Positions 38,598-49,741 are shown, numbered from the stretch's first letter. The stretch is 64,000 nt of DNA from Candidatus Spongiisociaceae bacterium (GCA_965262915.1 OZ253564.1:480001-544000); one strand, 5' to 3'. Notes: generated by a model from the sequence alone, not told the origin. Numbers and translations are program-made.

Positions 38598-41396
38598 CTA
38601 CGGACAGACGGGGTCCAGTTCGAGCAGTTCGGCCAGGGTGCCAGATCCGTAGCCCGTGTCGGCCTGCCAGAACGTCCACCCGTCTGTGACGCCGTTGTCG
38701 ACAGCGGCGGCCGCGTGGTCCGGTGATTCGTAACGGATGCCGTCGATGAGGATCCCGTAATCGCCGGACACGACAGCTCGGGCACCACCGGGCCCGGTGA
38801 GTGTGTCTCCATCGCCGAGGATCTCTATATCGAGGAGGTGGGCAAACTGCTTGTCCCGGCGCAGACTCCAACCGCCAACTGTCCGGGCGGCGTCCTCAGC
38901 CGTCAGGTAGCGAAGCGACGGCTCCTCGAAGGTGCGGAACTTCCAGACAGCGTCGTTCATCTTCGTGTCGTTGAAAACGCCGGCGTCGACGAGTTGCTCG
39001 AAGTGCTTCAGGCGGAGACTCGTGACCTGCTCGAACAGGTCCGGTTCGTCCTGAGCGATGATCTCTTTGATCGTCCGCTCCCGGTCGTCGGTCAGGTACA
39101 TGAATGCCGGAATGCGGGTGATGAACCGCTGGAGACGCTTCTTGAGGTTATCCCGCTCGGTCTTGGCTGCCTTCTCTCTCTTCTTCTCCTTCGGGGTCAG
39201 CTTTTCTTTAGTCAGCTTCTTCTCCCGGAGTTCCTTGTTCGCGGTGATAATTGTGGTGAGGTCATTTGTGATGTTGCGGAACATCTCGACCTGTTCCAGT
39301 GATTCCAACAGCTCCTTGTTCGAAAGCAGTGACTCCATCGCCTTCAGGTCGAGGCGGATAAGCTCCACCGAGTTCCAACGGCGGGCGAGCATGCTGGCGC
39401 TGATCCCCGATGTCACATGGTCCAGCACATCCTCGGCACGGAGCTGCGACATGCCCGACCCGTCGAACGCCAGGACCGGCAGGAACCCCATGAACTCGTC
39501 GATCGCGGCGACAGGGTCTCTTACAGACGTCGAGTCGGCTCGCAGCCGGGTGGCGTAGTCGACGATTTGGGTGAGCGCACGGTTCAGTGAGAAGTCGATG
39601 ACGTAGCAGTGCTCCTTGTGGACAAGTTCTGTCTCACCGCCCTCCACCGTGTCGACCATGCGGCTCACCCACCGCGACTGGACACGGAACGCCGCTTGGA
39701 AGTACGACTCGGGACTCTTCAGTTCTCGCAGCATGAAGATCCCCGCCCAAGCTGGAACCGTCACGCCTGTGAGCAGCTTCCCGCACGACAACGTGATCGT
39801 TTTCGTGTCTTGGGGGACCTTCCCGATGGCCTGCTGCACCGGGGGGAGGGCTTCGATGCCCACACCGGCGCCCGGCCCGGCGGCGACCATCACTGTGTAG
39901 TCGCGGTACGAGGTGTTGCGTTGAGCTTTGATCAGGTCCCTCATTGCCAGGCACGCGTCGACGCCGGGCAGGCACCAGATCGTGTGCTGCAGCGCGCGAA
40001 GAAGGCCGGGATCCTCGTAGGGCAGCGGCGGGGCCTTCAGGTTGGCGACATTCGACCACAGTCCGGTCAGGTCCTGACCACGAAGAACATCTAGGAACTT
40101 CTGGACGGAGCCTTCGTGTAGGAACCGGGGAACGTTCTCATCGTCACGTTCGGTCCTGAAGAACTCGGTCAGCGAGAACTGTGACTGATTGTTGATCGCC
40201 ACTTCCCGCAGCTTCGGCGGCATTTCGTAGGCGAGGAGATGCATCTTCGGCAGACCCTGGTATGGGTTGGTGCCGGGTCCAGCCCAGTTCTTCTTGGCTC
40301 CCTGCTCGTCCGAATACGTCCAGTTGAACACCTGGTCCTCGAGGAACTCGCCGTGGGTCAACGCCCGGAACGGGGTCCCGGACAGGTACAGGTAGTGGCG
40401 TATGTCCAGTTTCCCGCCGAGTTCCCTTTTGAGGTTCTCTTGGAAGTCGTCGTCCAGGTCGGGGGTGTCCAACTCCCGCTTCTCGGAGAGGTCTCCGGCG
40501 ACGCCCTCATCATGGGCCGCCCTGTCCGACACGTACAGGCTGCGGGCAGCGTCTCGCCACGCTCCAAAGTGGTACTCGTCGATCACCACCGCATCCCACG
40601 TAGCCTCATACAGGCCCAGGTTCTTCGCCTTCGGGCTGCCGTTATGGTCGGTCCCGAGGACATCTTGGAACGAAGCGAACCACACCAGCGGAGAAGCATC
40701 GTTGACGTCAGCGGGCGGATCGTTCTTCCCCTTGAACCGCCAACCGTCGAAGTCGACGTGACCCTCAAGATCGTCCCGCCAGGCGTCCTCGACCGCCGGT
40801 TTGAACGTGAGTACCAGAACCCGTAGCCAACCCATCCGCTTCGCCAACTGGTACATGGTGAAGGTCTTTCCAAACCGCATCTTGGCATTCCACAGGAAGT
40901 GCGGTCGGTTTTCAGGGTCGGAGTGCCTCTCGAAGTACATGAGAGTCTGCGTGACGGCGGCTTCCTGTTCCGGCCGCATCGGGAACGCCCGTCTCGCTCG
41001 TAGCGAGCCGCTCTGCTGGCCGGTCCGAACTTCGACAACGGCCGCTAAGAGCTCGTCTTTGGTGCATTCGAACCACTCCGTCGGCCTGCCACTGTCGGGG
41101 TCTGACCTCCGATGGACGGCTTTGCGTTGGAGAGCCTTATGAACAGCATGGTCCGTGAACACATGCCCGTCGTCGGTTATCGCCCGCTCCACCAGCAAAA
41201 CGTCATATTGCACAGACGTTGGCATCTTCACCTGATACAACTGTTCCCTGATCCGAACCTCGGCGTCCTTCTCCGTGTACCCGACCTTCAGAAGCCCGCT
41301 TCCAGTCCGGGGGCCCTCCCACAACATGTCGGCATAGCGATCCAGCGTATAGGCGTAGATCTTCGGGTGTCTGACACCGTCGGCCAGAACACTCAC
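38598..41396 (-). CDS. GIY-YIG/T5orf172-like nuclease + SF2 helicase restriction subunit
   Basis: IYAY..LKVGYT..EWF; NAKMRFGKT, DEYHFG, LSGTP, YFQAAFRVQ; C-terminal RAMA-like GWTFW. Confidence 0.85.
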   Translation of the reverse strand: MSVLADGVRHPKIYAYTLDRYADMLWEGPRTGSGLLKVGYTEKDAEVRIREQLYQVKMPTSVQYDVLLVERAITDDGHVFTDHAVHKALQRKAVHRRSDPDSGRPTEWFECTKDELLAAVVEVRTGQQSGSLRARRAFPMRPEQEAAVTQTLMYFERHSDPENRPHFLWNAKMRFGKTFTMYQLAKRMGWLRVLVLTFKPAVEDAWRDDLEGHVDFDGWRFKGKNDPPADVNDASPLVWFASFQDVLGTDHNGSPKAKNLGLYEATWDAVVIDEYHFGAWRDAARSLYVSDRAAHDEGVAGDLSEKRELDTPDLDDDFQENLKRELGGKLDIRHYLYLSGTPFRALTHGEFLEDQVFNWTYSDEQGAKKNWAGPGTNPYQGLPKMHLLAYEMPPKLREVAINNQSQFSLTEFFRTERDDENVPRFLHEGSVQKFLDVLRGQDLTGLWSNVANLKAPPLPYEDPGLLRALQHTIWCLPGVDACLAMRDLIKAQRNTSYRDYTVMVAAGPGAGVGIEALPPVQQAIGKVPQDTKTITLSCGKLLTGVTVPAWAGIFMLRELKSPESYFQAAFRVQSRWVSRMVDTVEGGETELVHKEHCYVIDFSLNRALTQIVDYATRLRADSTSVRDPVAAIDEFMGFLPVLAFDGSGMSQLRAEDVLDHVTSGISASMLARRWNSVELIRLDLKAMESLLSNKELLESLEQVEMFRNITNDLTTIITANKELREKKLTKEKLTPKEKKREKAAKTERDNLKKRLQRFITRIPAFMYLTDDRERTIKEIIAQDEPDLFEQVTSLRLKHFEQLVDAGVFNDTKMNDAVWKFRTFEEPSLRYLTAEDAARTVGGWSLRRDKQFAHLLDIEILGDGDTLTGPGGARAVVSGDYGILIDGIRYESPDHAAAAVDNGVTDGWTFWQADTGYGSGTLAELLELDPVCP

Positions 41397-42913
41397 GCAG
41401 GCATCTCCTTGACCGTCTCCTCAACAAACTCTCGCTCCCCCGCCGTGATGCCGTAGCGCTCGTACAGCGCCTCGTCCGTCCACATGCGGTCCATCGGAAG
41501 GTCCGGAACGAAGGCATACACACCCCGGGCAGCGTCTTGTGTCACCTTGCGCAGCGAGATGAGAAAGCGAACAAATCTAGTCCGAAGATAGGCGGCGAAC
41601 AACTCCGCCTCCTCCTTTGACGGGACCCGTGCTGCGACGATGTATGTTTCGGTGCACGCCTCGCCAGGGCCAGCGATGATCGGCTTGCTCAGGAACATCG
41701 TCTCAACCGCTGCGCTGGTGCCCTGTGCCCTAGTCGTGAGCACTTTCCAGTCGTCCACCCACTCGACGTTCCGCGGGATCTTCGACCGCTCGACCCACGA
41801 GATCCTCCGAGACCCATGCAACTTGACCGGATCGGTCAGACTCTTCGCTGACTTCTTGCCATGGAAGAAGGTCCGTAACCCGAACGGCTTCGCTGCCGAA
41901 ACCTGGGCGTCCAACGTGGGTTCCGGTCTCCCGTCGGGGAGGAACGATCGGACCTTTCGGATTATCGGGACGGCTTCGTTCCGTCGGATGACGATGTCGA
42001 AGTCGTTGAGGCGGCGTTTGACCGACGGCCCCAACATCTTGTCATCCCACATGGTTTGGACCTTGCACGGCCCGTCGTGATCTCGGTCCCAAAGGAAGTA
42101 GGACAGTCCGCCCCGGATCTTCACGCCGGGAATACCGTCGTACAGCTTGGGAAAGTCCACCAAAGTCCGCAGACGACTGTCCGCCATCATCCGGTCTCGG
42201 AACCGGTCGAGTCCCTTTCCTCCTGAAAACCAGCGGGACGGAGTAATCATGACGACATACCGGGGATCCATGTCGATCGCCGCTTCGACGAAGTGATGGT
42301 AGATGGGCGATGCGCTGGGTCCATGTCCGCCGTCGTCGAGCTGATACGGCGGGTTGCCGACAATCACATCAAACTTCATGTCGAACTCCTCCTCCAGCAT
42401 GTCTCGGCCCGCCTCGTGAATGAGCGCGTACGCATGGTTTTCCCCACCGCCCTCGAACTGTGCCTTCTTCGCCGGGCACTCAGAGCACTTCCCTTTCCGG
42501 TAGGCGTGCTCGACCCTACCGAACCACAGGTTCCCCGCTGGAGTGGGCATAGCCACGACCGCCTTGGGGCCGTCAGCTCGTTTCGAGCAGTACAGGGTCC
42601 TACGGGACATCAGTCCGGTAAGTTCGGTGATCGCCACTCCGAACACCATGTTCTTCAGAATGTGATCGAGCCGGTCGCGCTGATCGGGAAGTTCCGGCTC
42701 TAGCCCGACCATGAGCCGCTTGGATATCTCCCGGGGGAACACACCGGTCTTACAGGCGGGGTCAAGCCACCGAACGTTGGGGTCGGTCCAGATGTGTTCG
42801 GGGAGCAAGTCCAACATGGCATCGACCAGCCGGGGAGGTGTGCGCACCTCATCGCTGGACAGGTCGGCAATGACCTCGAGGATGTCAGGCTGGTGACGTC
42901 GGGTCTGCAGCAT
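41393..42913 (-). CDS. Eco57I-type N6-adenine DNA methyltransferase
   Basis: LDPACKTGVF, FDVIVGNPPY, ITPSRWFSGG. Confidence 0.9.
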   Translation of the reverse strand: MLQTRRHQPDILEVIADLSSDEVRTPPRLVDAMLDLLPEHIWTDPNVRWLDPACKTGVFPREISKRLMVGLEPELPDQRDRLDHILKNMVFGVAITELTGLMSRRTLYCSKRADGPKAVVAMPTPAGNLWFGRVEHAYRKGKCSECPAKKAQFEGGGENHAYALIHEAGRDMLEEEFDMKFDVIVGNPPYQLDDGGHGPSASPIYHHFVEAAIDMDPRYVVMITPSRWFSGGKGLDRFRDRMMADSRLRTLVDFPKLYDGIPGVKIRGGLSYFLWDRDHDGPCKVQTMWDDKMLGPSVKRRLNDFDIVIRRNEAVPIIRKVRSFLPDGRPEPTLDAQVSAAKPFGLRTFFHGKKSAKSLTDPVKLHGSRRISWVERSKIPRNVEWVDDWKVLTTRAQGTSAAVETMFLSKPIIAGPGEACTETYIVAARVPSKEEAELFAAYLRTRFVRFLISLRKVTQDAARGVYAFVPDLPMDRMWTDEALYERYGITAGEREFVEETVKEMPA

Positions 42914-43680
42914 CAGCCACCAGCTCCTGTCACCATGAACTGGGCGTCGACGGGAGCCCGGTAAAGATCGACTGCGGGCCCCGACCACTTGACGGGTGGA
43001 CGCTCGTCCATGAAATCGAACAGCGACACTACGCCAGCCCAATCTGCGGCCTGCGGTTTCATCACGGCACCCAGAGTTGTCGTCTCCACGGTCACCTCCC
43101 GGGTATCGGCGTCCCACACGTACTCAACCAGCGGGAGCCGGTTTCTGCCGGTCGGTGTTCCATCCGCGTTCGACTCAAGCATGTTCCCTACTAAGACGTT
43201 CCGGTCCACAATCCAACGAGCAGACCGAACAACAGGCATCCGAGCAGACAGCCTCACACCGAACACCTGCGCCCACCAAGCCCCCAACACTCCCAGCAGC
43301 CGATCCCGCGCCCCGACTTCGTGGCCTGGTGTCCCACCGATGACGTTGTCGGGAGAAATGTCGACGGCGTACACAGAGGCAAGCGCTTCCAGAGCGTGAA
43401 ACGCTCCCGCGGCCTCGCCGGATCCGGCCGCCAGACCGCCGACGACGAGTGCCCCCGAAACGGCTTCGAGCTTGCGGGCGAGGATTGCGACGAGGAAGTT
43501 CCCGTCACCGCAGGCCGGTTCGAGGAACGTGGCGGACGGGTGAATACCCCACACCGTCGAAGGCAGGAGATCAAGCATGTCGGATACGACCCCCGCCGGT
43601 GTGAACACCTCCCCAAGGTCACGCACACGCTCGGTTGACTTGACAAGGCGTTCGCTGCCGGGGAACGACAACACGGTCAT
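42913..43680 (-). CDS. short methyltransferase-like protein (SAM motif, no NPPY seen)
   Basis: RVRDLGEVFTP, FLEPACGDGNFL, YAVDISPDN. Confidence 0.8.
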   Translation of the reverse strand: MTVLSFPGSERLVKSTERVRDLGEVFTPAGVVSDMLDLLPSTVWGIHPSATFLEPACGDGNFLVAILARKLEAVSGALVVGGLAAGSGEAAGAFHALEALASVYAVDISPDNVIGGTPGHEVGARDRLLGVLGAWWAQVFGVRLSARMPVVRSARWIVDRNVLVGNMLESNADGTPTGRNRLPLVEYVWDADTREVTVETTTLGAVMKPQAADWAGVVSLFDFMDERPPVKWSGPAVDLYRAPVDAQFMVTGAGG

Positions 43681-43814
43681 CGCCTCGCCAGTTCTAGTAA
43701 CCGCTGATGCTTCACCGTCGAGCGCAGTAAACGGCACCAGGTGGCCTTGCCGTAACCTGTAATCTCGCTAGCTTCTCGGACCGTCCCAGAGTCATCCCGC
43801 CACCATACCAATGC

Positions 43815-44000
43815 GGCTCTTCGGAAATGAGATGCTTCTATGTCTTACAAAATCGGTTCTGGGGTCGGGTTGGTGAGCCATTGTTGGTATCGACTGGCGA
43901 GTTGGTGGTTGCGGTCGAGGCCGCGTTCAAGTCGTGACAGTACGGTCGCGTGAGCGTCGAGGCGCTCCGTGGCGTGGGTGAGGGGTTATTCGGGCGGTCG
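43815..44000 (-). mobile_element. IS110 3' remnant abutting an ISL3-like inverted repeat
   Basis: TVLSRLERGLDRNHQLASRYQQWL and end ATAGAAGCATC match the IS110 at 62167-63406; GGCTCTTCGGAAAT at 43815. Confidence 0.7.
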
Positions 44001-44160
44001 GGGTGAACCGCCGACTTGTATCTGAGGGCTGAACTGTCCCACCCATCCGGTTCCGCCGGTGGGCGGAGCACCAGCTACACCTTCGCTTCATTCCCCTAAG
44101 ACGCACCTGCGGGTGCCGGCGGCGACTTCCATCTCTTGTCCGTAGTTTGCTGGGAGAATC

Positions 44161-47100
44161 GTGGTTGTGGCACGAAGGAAGAAAAAGGGCAGACGACGCC
44201 CCAGCCGTGGACCCAGTGCGCCCCGGCAGCAGAAGCCGGTAGTAACGGTTCGGGACTCCGGTGCGACGGCTGGGGCAGATGCGGCAGCGGACGGTGGCCG
44301 GAGCGAGCTCCTCTTCAAACGGTGGGGAGAAAGCAGGGCCGGTGCCCGGGCTGGGCGCGGATTCAACTTCCAGAACACGGTTGGCGCTTGGCTAGCAGCC
44401 CAGATGGCGTCATCCAGGATGGCTGCGGATGTTCTAGTACCTGAAGGGTTCGAAGACATGTCTTTGGAAGGTGCCAGCCCCCTGCATATCCAAGTCAAGT
44501 CCCGTGTTCAGCGTCGTGACCGTTTCCCGATATGGGAAGCGACCAAACACATACTCGACGCGTGGGAAAAGCATCTGAGCCGCGGGAAGGATGATTCGAT
44601 TCTTGTGGTCGTGCTCGAACGCGGCGTCAAGGGCGAAGAGAACCTGGCCGGCTTCGGTCGGCCACTCGCTGACTCGTTGTCGAGCGACTCCGGGCTGCGA
44701 GCCGGGCTCCGCCGCGCCGCGGGCGCACGGGGGATCAACTCCGATGGCATGGACAGGCTCTTGTCTTGCACCGTAGTTGTGGGCGTCACCTGGGAGGAAG
44801 TGACTGCCGGTACCGTTGCCGAACTCGACTGCCTCGTTGATCTCCCGCCCTCCGGTCTTGGTCTTGTTGAACGCCACCTCCGCACTATGGTCGCGGACGC
44901 TGCCGACGCTAATGCAACAACCGACTATGAGCATCGTCGCCGTCTCAGCAGAACTGAACTGGTCGAAGAGATCGAAACCACCGCTGGATTGGTCGATATC
45001 TCCTCACTCGAGTTTGCTGTTAGAGAGGGTATCTGCGAACCGCTGGACCTGACTGGGTCGGTTCCCGCAGACGACCGTTTCTATGAGGGCACAGCAACCC
45101 AGCCGCATCATGTAGCAGCCGGCCTGGTGGTACCCCAGCCCACGGTGATGGACAAGATCCTGTTCGGGCTTGACGAACGGTCCGCTGTGGTCATCAGCGG
45201 CCCTTCCGGTGTCGGCAAGAGCGCAGTCCTGTGGACGGTACCGTTGGCGCTTTCGGGTGTGCTGTGGTACCGGGTTCGACGCCTAGCCGACGGAGACGTA
45301 CCGCATCTGATACGCCTCGCCCGGGCCTACCGTGCCACCCGGGAGACACCGGTCGGTTTCCTGGTCGACGCTGCCGGAACGGATGCGTTGGGCGGCTGGG
45401 CTCGTCTACGCGCCGAAGCGGCCACTGTTCCTGGTGTGCTGCTAGTAGGCACGGCACGGAGCGAGGACCTGATCACTCTGGGTGACCTATCCGATTGTGT
45501 GAGGATACCGATACGACTTGATGAGACCGCAGCGGAGACCATCTTCAGGGGCCTGGAGCGACGTGGTGCTACCACGGTTGCGCATTGGGCGGAGGCGTTC
45601 GCCAACTCCGACGGTCTGACTCTCGAGTTCACCCACATGCTGACACGTGGACGACGGCTCCACGATGTCATCAGCGAACAGGTCCGGCGTCGTATCGCCG
45701 ACAAGCGGCGCCACTTGGAGTTGGAAGTGCTGAGTCTCGTCTCGGTCGCTGACCGCTGGACAGTCTCCATCTCGACACCCGACCTAGCAGCGGCCTGTGC
45801 GGTCACCGACTTCGAACTCCGCAAAGCGACCAGCCGACTTGCCCACGAGCATCTCGTTATCGAACGCGACGGCGCCATGTCGGGTCTGCACCGGCTGCGG
45901 TCGACGGCGATCAGCGACGTCATCCATGACCAACCGCCACCGGACCTCCACAGCACGGTCCGAAGGGTCCTAGATCTGGTCCCCGACTCCGAATTGTGTC
46001 GCTTCGTGGCCAATCTGCTGCGCGACGAGCCATCGGCGAAGGAGACCATTATCAACGCTGCCAGTAGTGACGTCCCCAGCCCGGGTCGTTTGGTCGCCTA
46101 TCTACACGGTTTGCGCCTATCCGACTTCCACAAAGTCGCGAGGGTGTGGAAAGGAATCGCCGATGACCACCGGATACCCGAGTCGTCCCAGGCGTTGCTC
46201 TTCTACTACACGGCAGTAGGCGTCCCGGTCCCAGATTTGCTCCCGCACGAGATCCGCGCCGCGCAAGAGGCGATGAACACGGCACCGGTACCTACGTCCC
46301 GCGACGACCTGGTGGCCGTCGTCGGAGAAAAGACCATCGCTGAACTTCTGGCATTGATCAATGACGTAAGCGAGGCCACGGCGATGTTCGCGGTTCTAGA
46401 GACCGGCACCCCGAACCTGGTTTCCGCTATCAGACAAACCCTGAATGATGACTCGCCGCTAGTCCGGGCCCTGGACACTGCACCCGTGGATCAACTGGCC
46501 GAGCTTATGGCGACCGCTCGGTCCTGTGACCGAACAGTTGCCGAGCACCTAGTTGGCTTGATCGGCGGCCGGGACACTGTTCTTCTCCGCGTGCGGGCCC
46601 ACAATCCGTGGATAACCGAACTTGAGATAAGAGCAGGAGAAGATGGCCCCGTCGCGTACGGCAGGTTCCTTCACGTCTCCGACATTGTGCAAGGCAACGC
46701 CCAGGAGGAAGCCGTCGCACTCGGACAGGTGCTGCTCCGATGCCTCCCCAGCATCGAATCCGTCGACATCCAAGCTCTCACACCGGGCGGTCAAGAGATC
46801 CGGATCGGGAACCGCATCTTCGGGGTCACCCATCTCCAGCGTCAGTACGACCACTCTTTGTCCGGCATCGCGTGGAACCAGGCCCGCATCCGCGGGGCAC
46901 TCACACTCGTCGGCGAAGCCGACACAGTCCGACTGGCCAAGGCACGGCCGCTACTTGACCAGGCAGCTAGCTTGACCTACGAAGCAGGAACCCAACTAGT
47001 AACTGGCACACCCCACAATCTTGGTCCCAGACAACTCACCGAGCAGATCAACGAACTCCACGAGCTTGGACAGTCGCTCGGCCCCCGACGTGAGACGGCT

Positions 47101-48261
47101 GAACTCGACGAGACGCTCATCTCCCAGCAAGCGTCCGTGCTGAACACCGATCATCTATCCGCGCTGATCCACGCGCTGACAGGTAACGTCTTTCGTCGGC
47201 TGGTAATGCCGGATCAGTACAGAAGGCTGGCGGCGTACCTCACCGACACGGTGATCGGGTATCACCTCGAAGGTGCCCGGAGCGAACCTTGGACCCTTCT
47301 GGGTATGGATGGGCATCCAGCCAGCCTTGACCGACTCAGCGAGCTTCTTAGCGATATCCACGCGGTTGTCAGCGAGCTGGCAACCAATGACACCAACGTT
47401 GCGAATGTATTCAGGAGCGTACGTTCCGGAGGAAAGGGACAAGCGCTCCACCGAGCTGCTCGCACTAGTCGGCGTCAACACCGGCAACGTGTCAGTGCCC
47501 GCTGCCGGGCTTTGCAGAAGGTGTGCGACGCCACAGGCTTGAGCACCAAGGTATTGCATCGCCAACCGGAGCAGACTCCTCTCCTCGAATTCGCCATAAC
47601 CGTCGAACTCGGCTCCCTCGTCGAATGGGAGGACGCGCACTCAACACTGGAAGCAGCCCTAGGACCGAACCGGCCCCCCGCGGAGATCTACCTGCTCGTT
47701 CCGCTCCGGGGTCAAAGGTCAGTACCAAGCCAGGCGATGCAGTTGATCGACTCTCTGTTACATTCGCCGGATCCGGGCGACTGGGCGACCACGGTCTCCG
47801 AACCCGCCCCTAGCGAACTCGCCGACACTTTCAGCGAGGCGCAGGAAGCGCTTCAGGTCCTCTCGGGTATCTGCCACGTCCCAGAAGACCAGCAGACGCA
47901 TCAGACAATTCAGACCGCCGTGGAACAAGCCACGTCCCGATTCCGGAAAGCATACGAAAGGCTTCTCGAACTACCGTCGGATCCACTGATCGACGAACTG
48001 GTAGCAGTTGTTAAAGCTCTGGCAGCACAAGTGCAAGCAGAACTCGACGGGACACATTCCGGCCTGAGCCTCGCTGAGAAAGTCGCTCTCGGCGTATTCC
48101 AAGGTGACCGAACAGAGGAGTTCGACACTATCTTGGGTGCCCGATGCCTGGCCCTAGAGTGGGAAATCGATCCCAAGGCCGCTCTGGCAATGTTCGCTGA
48201 CCTTTCAGAGGCTGCGCGGAAATGTGGGGTGGGTGGGTTGAAATCCTTGGAATGGGGGTGA
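44161..48261 (+). CDS. Cap4-like PD-(D/E)xK nuclease + P-loop NTPase + helical domain (Avs/NLR-like defence protein)
   Basis: GRGFNFQ..EGFED..IQVKS; GPSGVGKS; FLVD; long helical C-terminus. Confidence 0.75.
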   Translation: MVVARRKKKGRRRPSRGPSAPRQQKPVVTVRDSGATAGADAAADGGRSELLFKRWGESRAGARAGRGFNFQNTVGAWLAAQMASSRMAADVLVPEGFEDMSLEGASPLHIQVKSRVQRRDRFPIWEATKHILDAWEKHLSRGKDDSILVVVLERGVKGEENLAGFGRPLADSLSSDSGLRAGLRRAAGARGINSDGMDRLLSCTVVVGVTWEEVTAGTVAELDCLVDLPPSGLGLVERHLRTMVADAADANATTDYEHRRRLSRTELVEEIETTAGLVDISSLEFAVREGICEPLDLTGSVPADDRFYEGTATQPHHVAAGLVVPQPTVMDKILFGLDERSAVVISGPSGVGKSAVLWTVPLALSGVLWYRVRRLADGDVPHLIRLARAYRATRETPVGFLVDAAGTDALGGWARLRAEAATVPGVLLVGTARSEDLITLGDLSDCVRIPIRLDETAAETIFRGLERRGATTVAHWAEAFANSDGLTLEFTHMLTRGRRLHDVISEQVRRRIADKRRHLELEVLSLVSVADRWTVSISTPDLAAACAVTDFELRKATSRLAHEHLVIERDGAMSGLHRLRSTAISDVIHDQPPPDLHSTVRRVLDLVPDSELCRFVANLLRDEPSAKETIINAASSDVPSPGRLVAYLHGLRLSDFHKVARVWKGIADDHRIPESSQALLFYYTAVGVPVPDLLPHEIRAAQEAMNTAPVPTSRDDLVAVVGEKTIAELLALINDVSEATAMFAVLETGTPNLVSAIRQTLNDDSPLVRALDTAPVDQLAELMATARSCDRTVAEHLVGLIGGRDTVLLRVRAHNPWITELEIRAGEDGPVAYGRFLHVSDIVQGNAQEEAVALGQVLLRCLPSIESVDIQALTPGGQEIRIGNRIFGVTHLQRQYDHSLSGIAWNQARIRGALTLVGEADTVRLAKARPLLDQAASLTYEAGTQLVTGTPHNLGPRQLTEQINELHELGQSLGPRRETAELDETLISQQASVLNTDHLSALIHALTGNVFRRLVMPDQYRRLAAYLTDTVIGYHLEGARSEPWTLLGMDGHPASLDRLSELLSDIHAVVSELATNDTNVANVFRSVRSGGKGQALHRAARTSRRQHRQRVSARCRALQKVCDATGLSTKVLHRQPEQTPLLEFAITVELGSLVEWEDAHSTLEAALGPNRPPAEIYLLVPLRGQRSVPSQAMQLIDSLLHSPDPGDWATTVSEPAPSELADTFSEAQEALQVLSGICHVPEDQQTHQTIQTAVEQATSRFRKAYERLLELPSDPLIDELVAVVKALAAQVQAELDGTHSGLSLAEKVALGVFQGDRTEEFDTILGARCLALEWEIDPKAALAMFADLSEAARKCGVGGLKSLEWG

Positions 48262-48550
48262 GGGTTCGCTGGAATCGGTGAGTTACTAAATCGCCGGTCC
48301 AGGGAGCCTCGATGTCTCATGTCATGTCCGTTCGGTTGCACCTGTCGGGTGTTCGCGTGTTGGAGGTGGGGGTCGATTCGGATGGTGGCCGCCATCATGG
48401 GGTGGGGATGGCATCGGATCATGGGCTTGGTGAGAGTTCACTCGGCTTTGGTGGCGGAGCGTCACCGGGCCCGGCCGTGTCGTGTGCTGCTGGTAGACGA
48501 AACATCGATCCGGCGCCGGTGTCGGTATGTGACCGTGGTGGCCTGCGGTG
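48209..48550 (+). mobile_element. internally deleted ISL3 remnant
   Basis: Closely similar to 63407-64000 with deletions (LHLSGVRV..HHGVGWHRIMGLVR..LLVDETSI). Confidence 0.85.
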
Positions 48551-48551
48551 A

Positions 48552-48704
48552 CGCACAGCCATGTATTGGGTCACTAGGTATGATTATCCCGCCCGGCTGG
48601 GAAGGTAATCGTAAATCCGTGTGGACATGCGGCCCGTGTACGGATAGCGACATATCACCGGCCAGTACTGGAACTCCGGCGTTGGAGTGGAAGATGACCG
48701 TCAA
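48552..48704 (-). pseudogene. truncated N-terminal gene fragment
   Basis: MTVIFHSNAGVPVLAGDMSLS, cut by the ISL3 remnant. Confidence 0.35.
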
Positions 48705-48785
48705 TTGGTTAGCCTCACCTTAACCTAGAACTAACTCCACGAGTCGGCTAGGAAGCGCCGCCGACGCTCGATCCCGCTCAGTTCG

Positions 48786-49741
48786 TCATTCGCCACCGAA
48801 AACTACACGCACCGGCTCCCCGACACCACCGGACCCCCGGGTAACGACGGCTCGGGTCATACTCTGCGGTGAGCGGCCACCGCTTCGATACCCGGCCGTA
48901 CATACCGATCCAGGGCTGCGCAGGCTCCAGTGGCGGCTTTTCGCCTTCAGCAGCGGTGCTCCTACTCCCCTCTCCCCCAGGTGGGTGAGCGCAGAGTGGC
49001 GCAGCTGGTGCAGCGTCCAACCCCGACGCGTCGCGGAACAGCGCCCAAGCCTGCTGATACGACAGCCTCCCCCGACCGGTGTCGAGACATAGGTCTGGAA
49101 GCGCTGGCGCCTGGTTGGGCCGGCGGTGAGTGACGAACACCGGACCCCGACGACGGCCGCCCAGATAACGGGGCAGCAGGCGGGCGGTTCCCGAAGCCCA
49201 CACGACTTCTCGGCGGTGGCCGCCTTTGCCCCTGACCACAGCCTTCCTGGCTCCGAGGTCGAGGTCCTCGACGTTGAGGGCCAGTATCTCGTTAGCACGG
49301 GCCGCTGTTTCGTACGGCATTCCTCCACAGGGTCTTCTCACGTACGTGAACATCCGGCCGGGTCCACAGGGTGTGCTGCTGCTCGTAGCGGATCGGCGCG
49401 GTGTCGTCGCGCACCTGTGGGCGGCGTTCTATCCCCGCCAACGGATCCTCGGTTATCCAACCTTGTGCCTGTACCCAGCGGCGGAACGACCCCACCGCGG
49501 TGAGACGGTTGTTCCACGTCGCCGACGAAGCATCACCCCAGTGATCCTCAAGTACGCGGCGTACCCGCTCGGCGGTGAACCCGTCGAGGGCGAGGTCAGA
49601 GCCGAGGTCCCCGACCACGGCTCCGAGGGTGTGGGCGTAGCTGCGACGGCCTTTGGCCGATAGCGGTTTGGCCGCCAGTAACTGCTCGACGGCTCGGCCT
49701 AGGGAGGGGACACGGTGTGGGAGGGCTAGGACTTCGGGCAC
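48786..49741 (-). pseudogene. tyrosine recombinase (XerC/TnpI-like), frameshifted
   Basis: Three frames stitch to SAM-like N-terminus, YETAARANEIL, GKGG, WTLHQLRHSALTH, SRH. Confidence 0.85.

Noticed and set aside
48786-49741. Classical integron integrase (IntI)
   Set aside because: No recognisable IntI-specific insertion or attC GTTRRRY arrays; looks XerC/TnpI-like.
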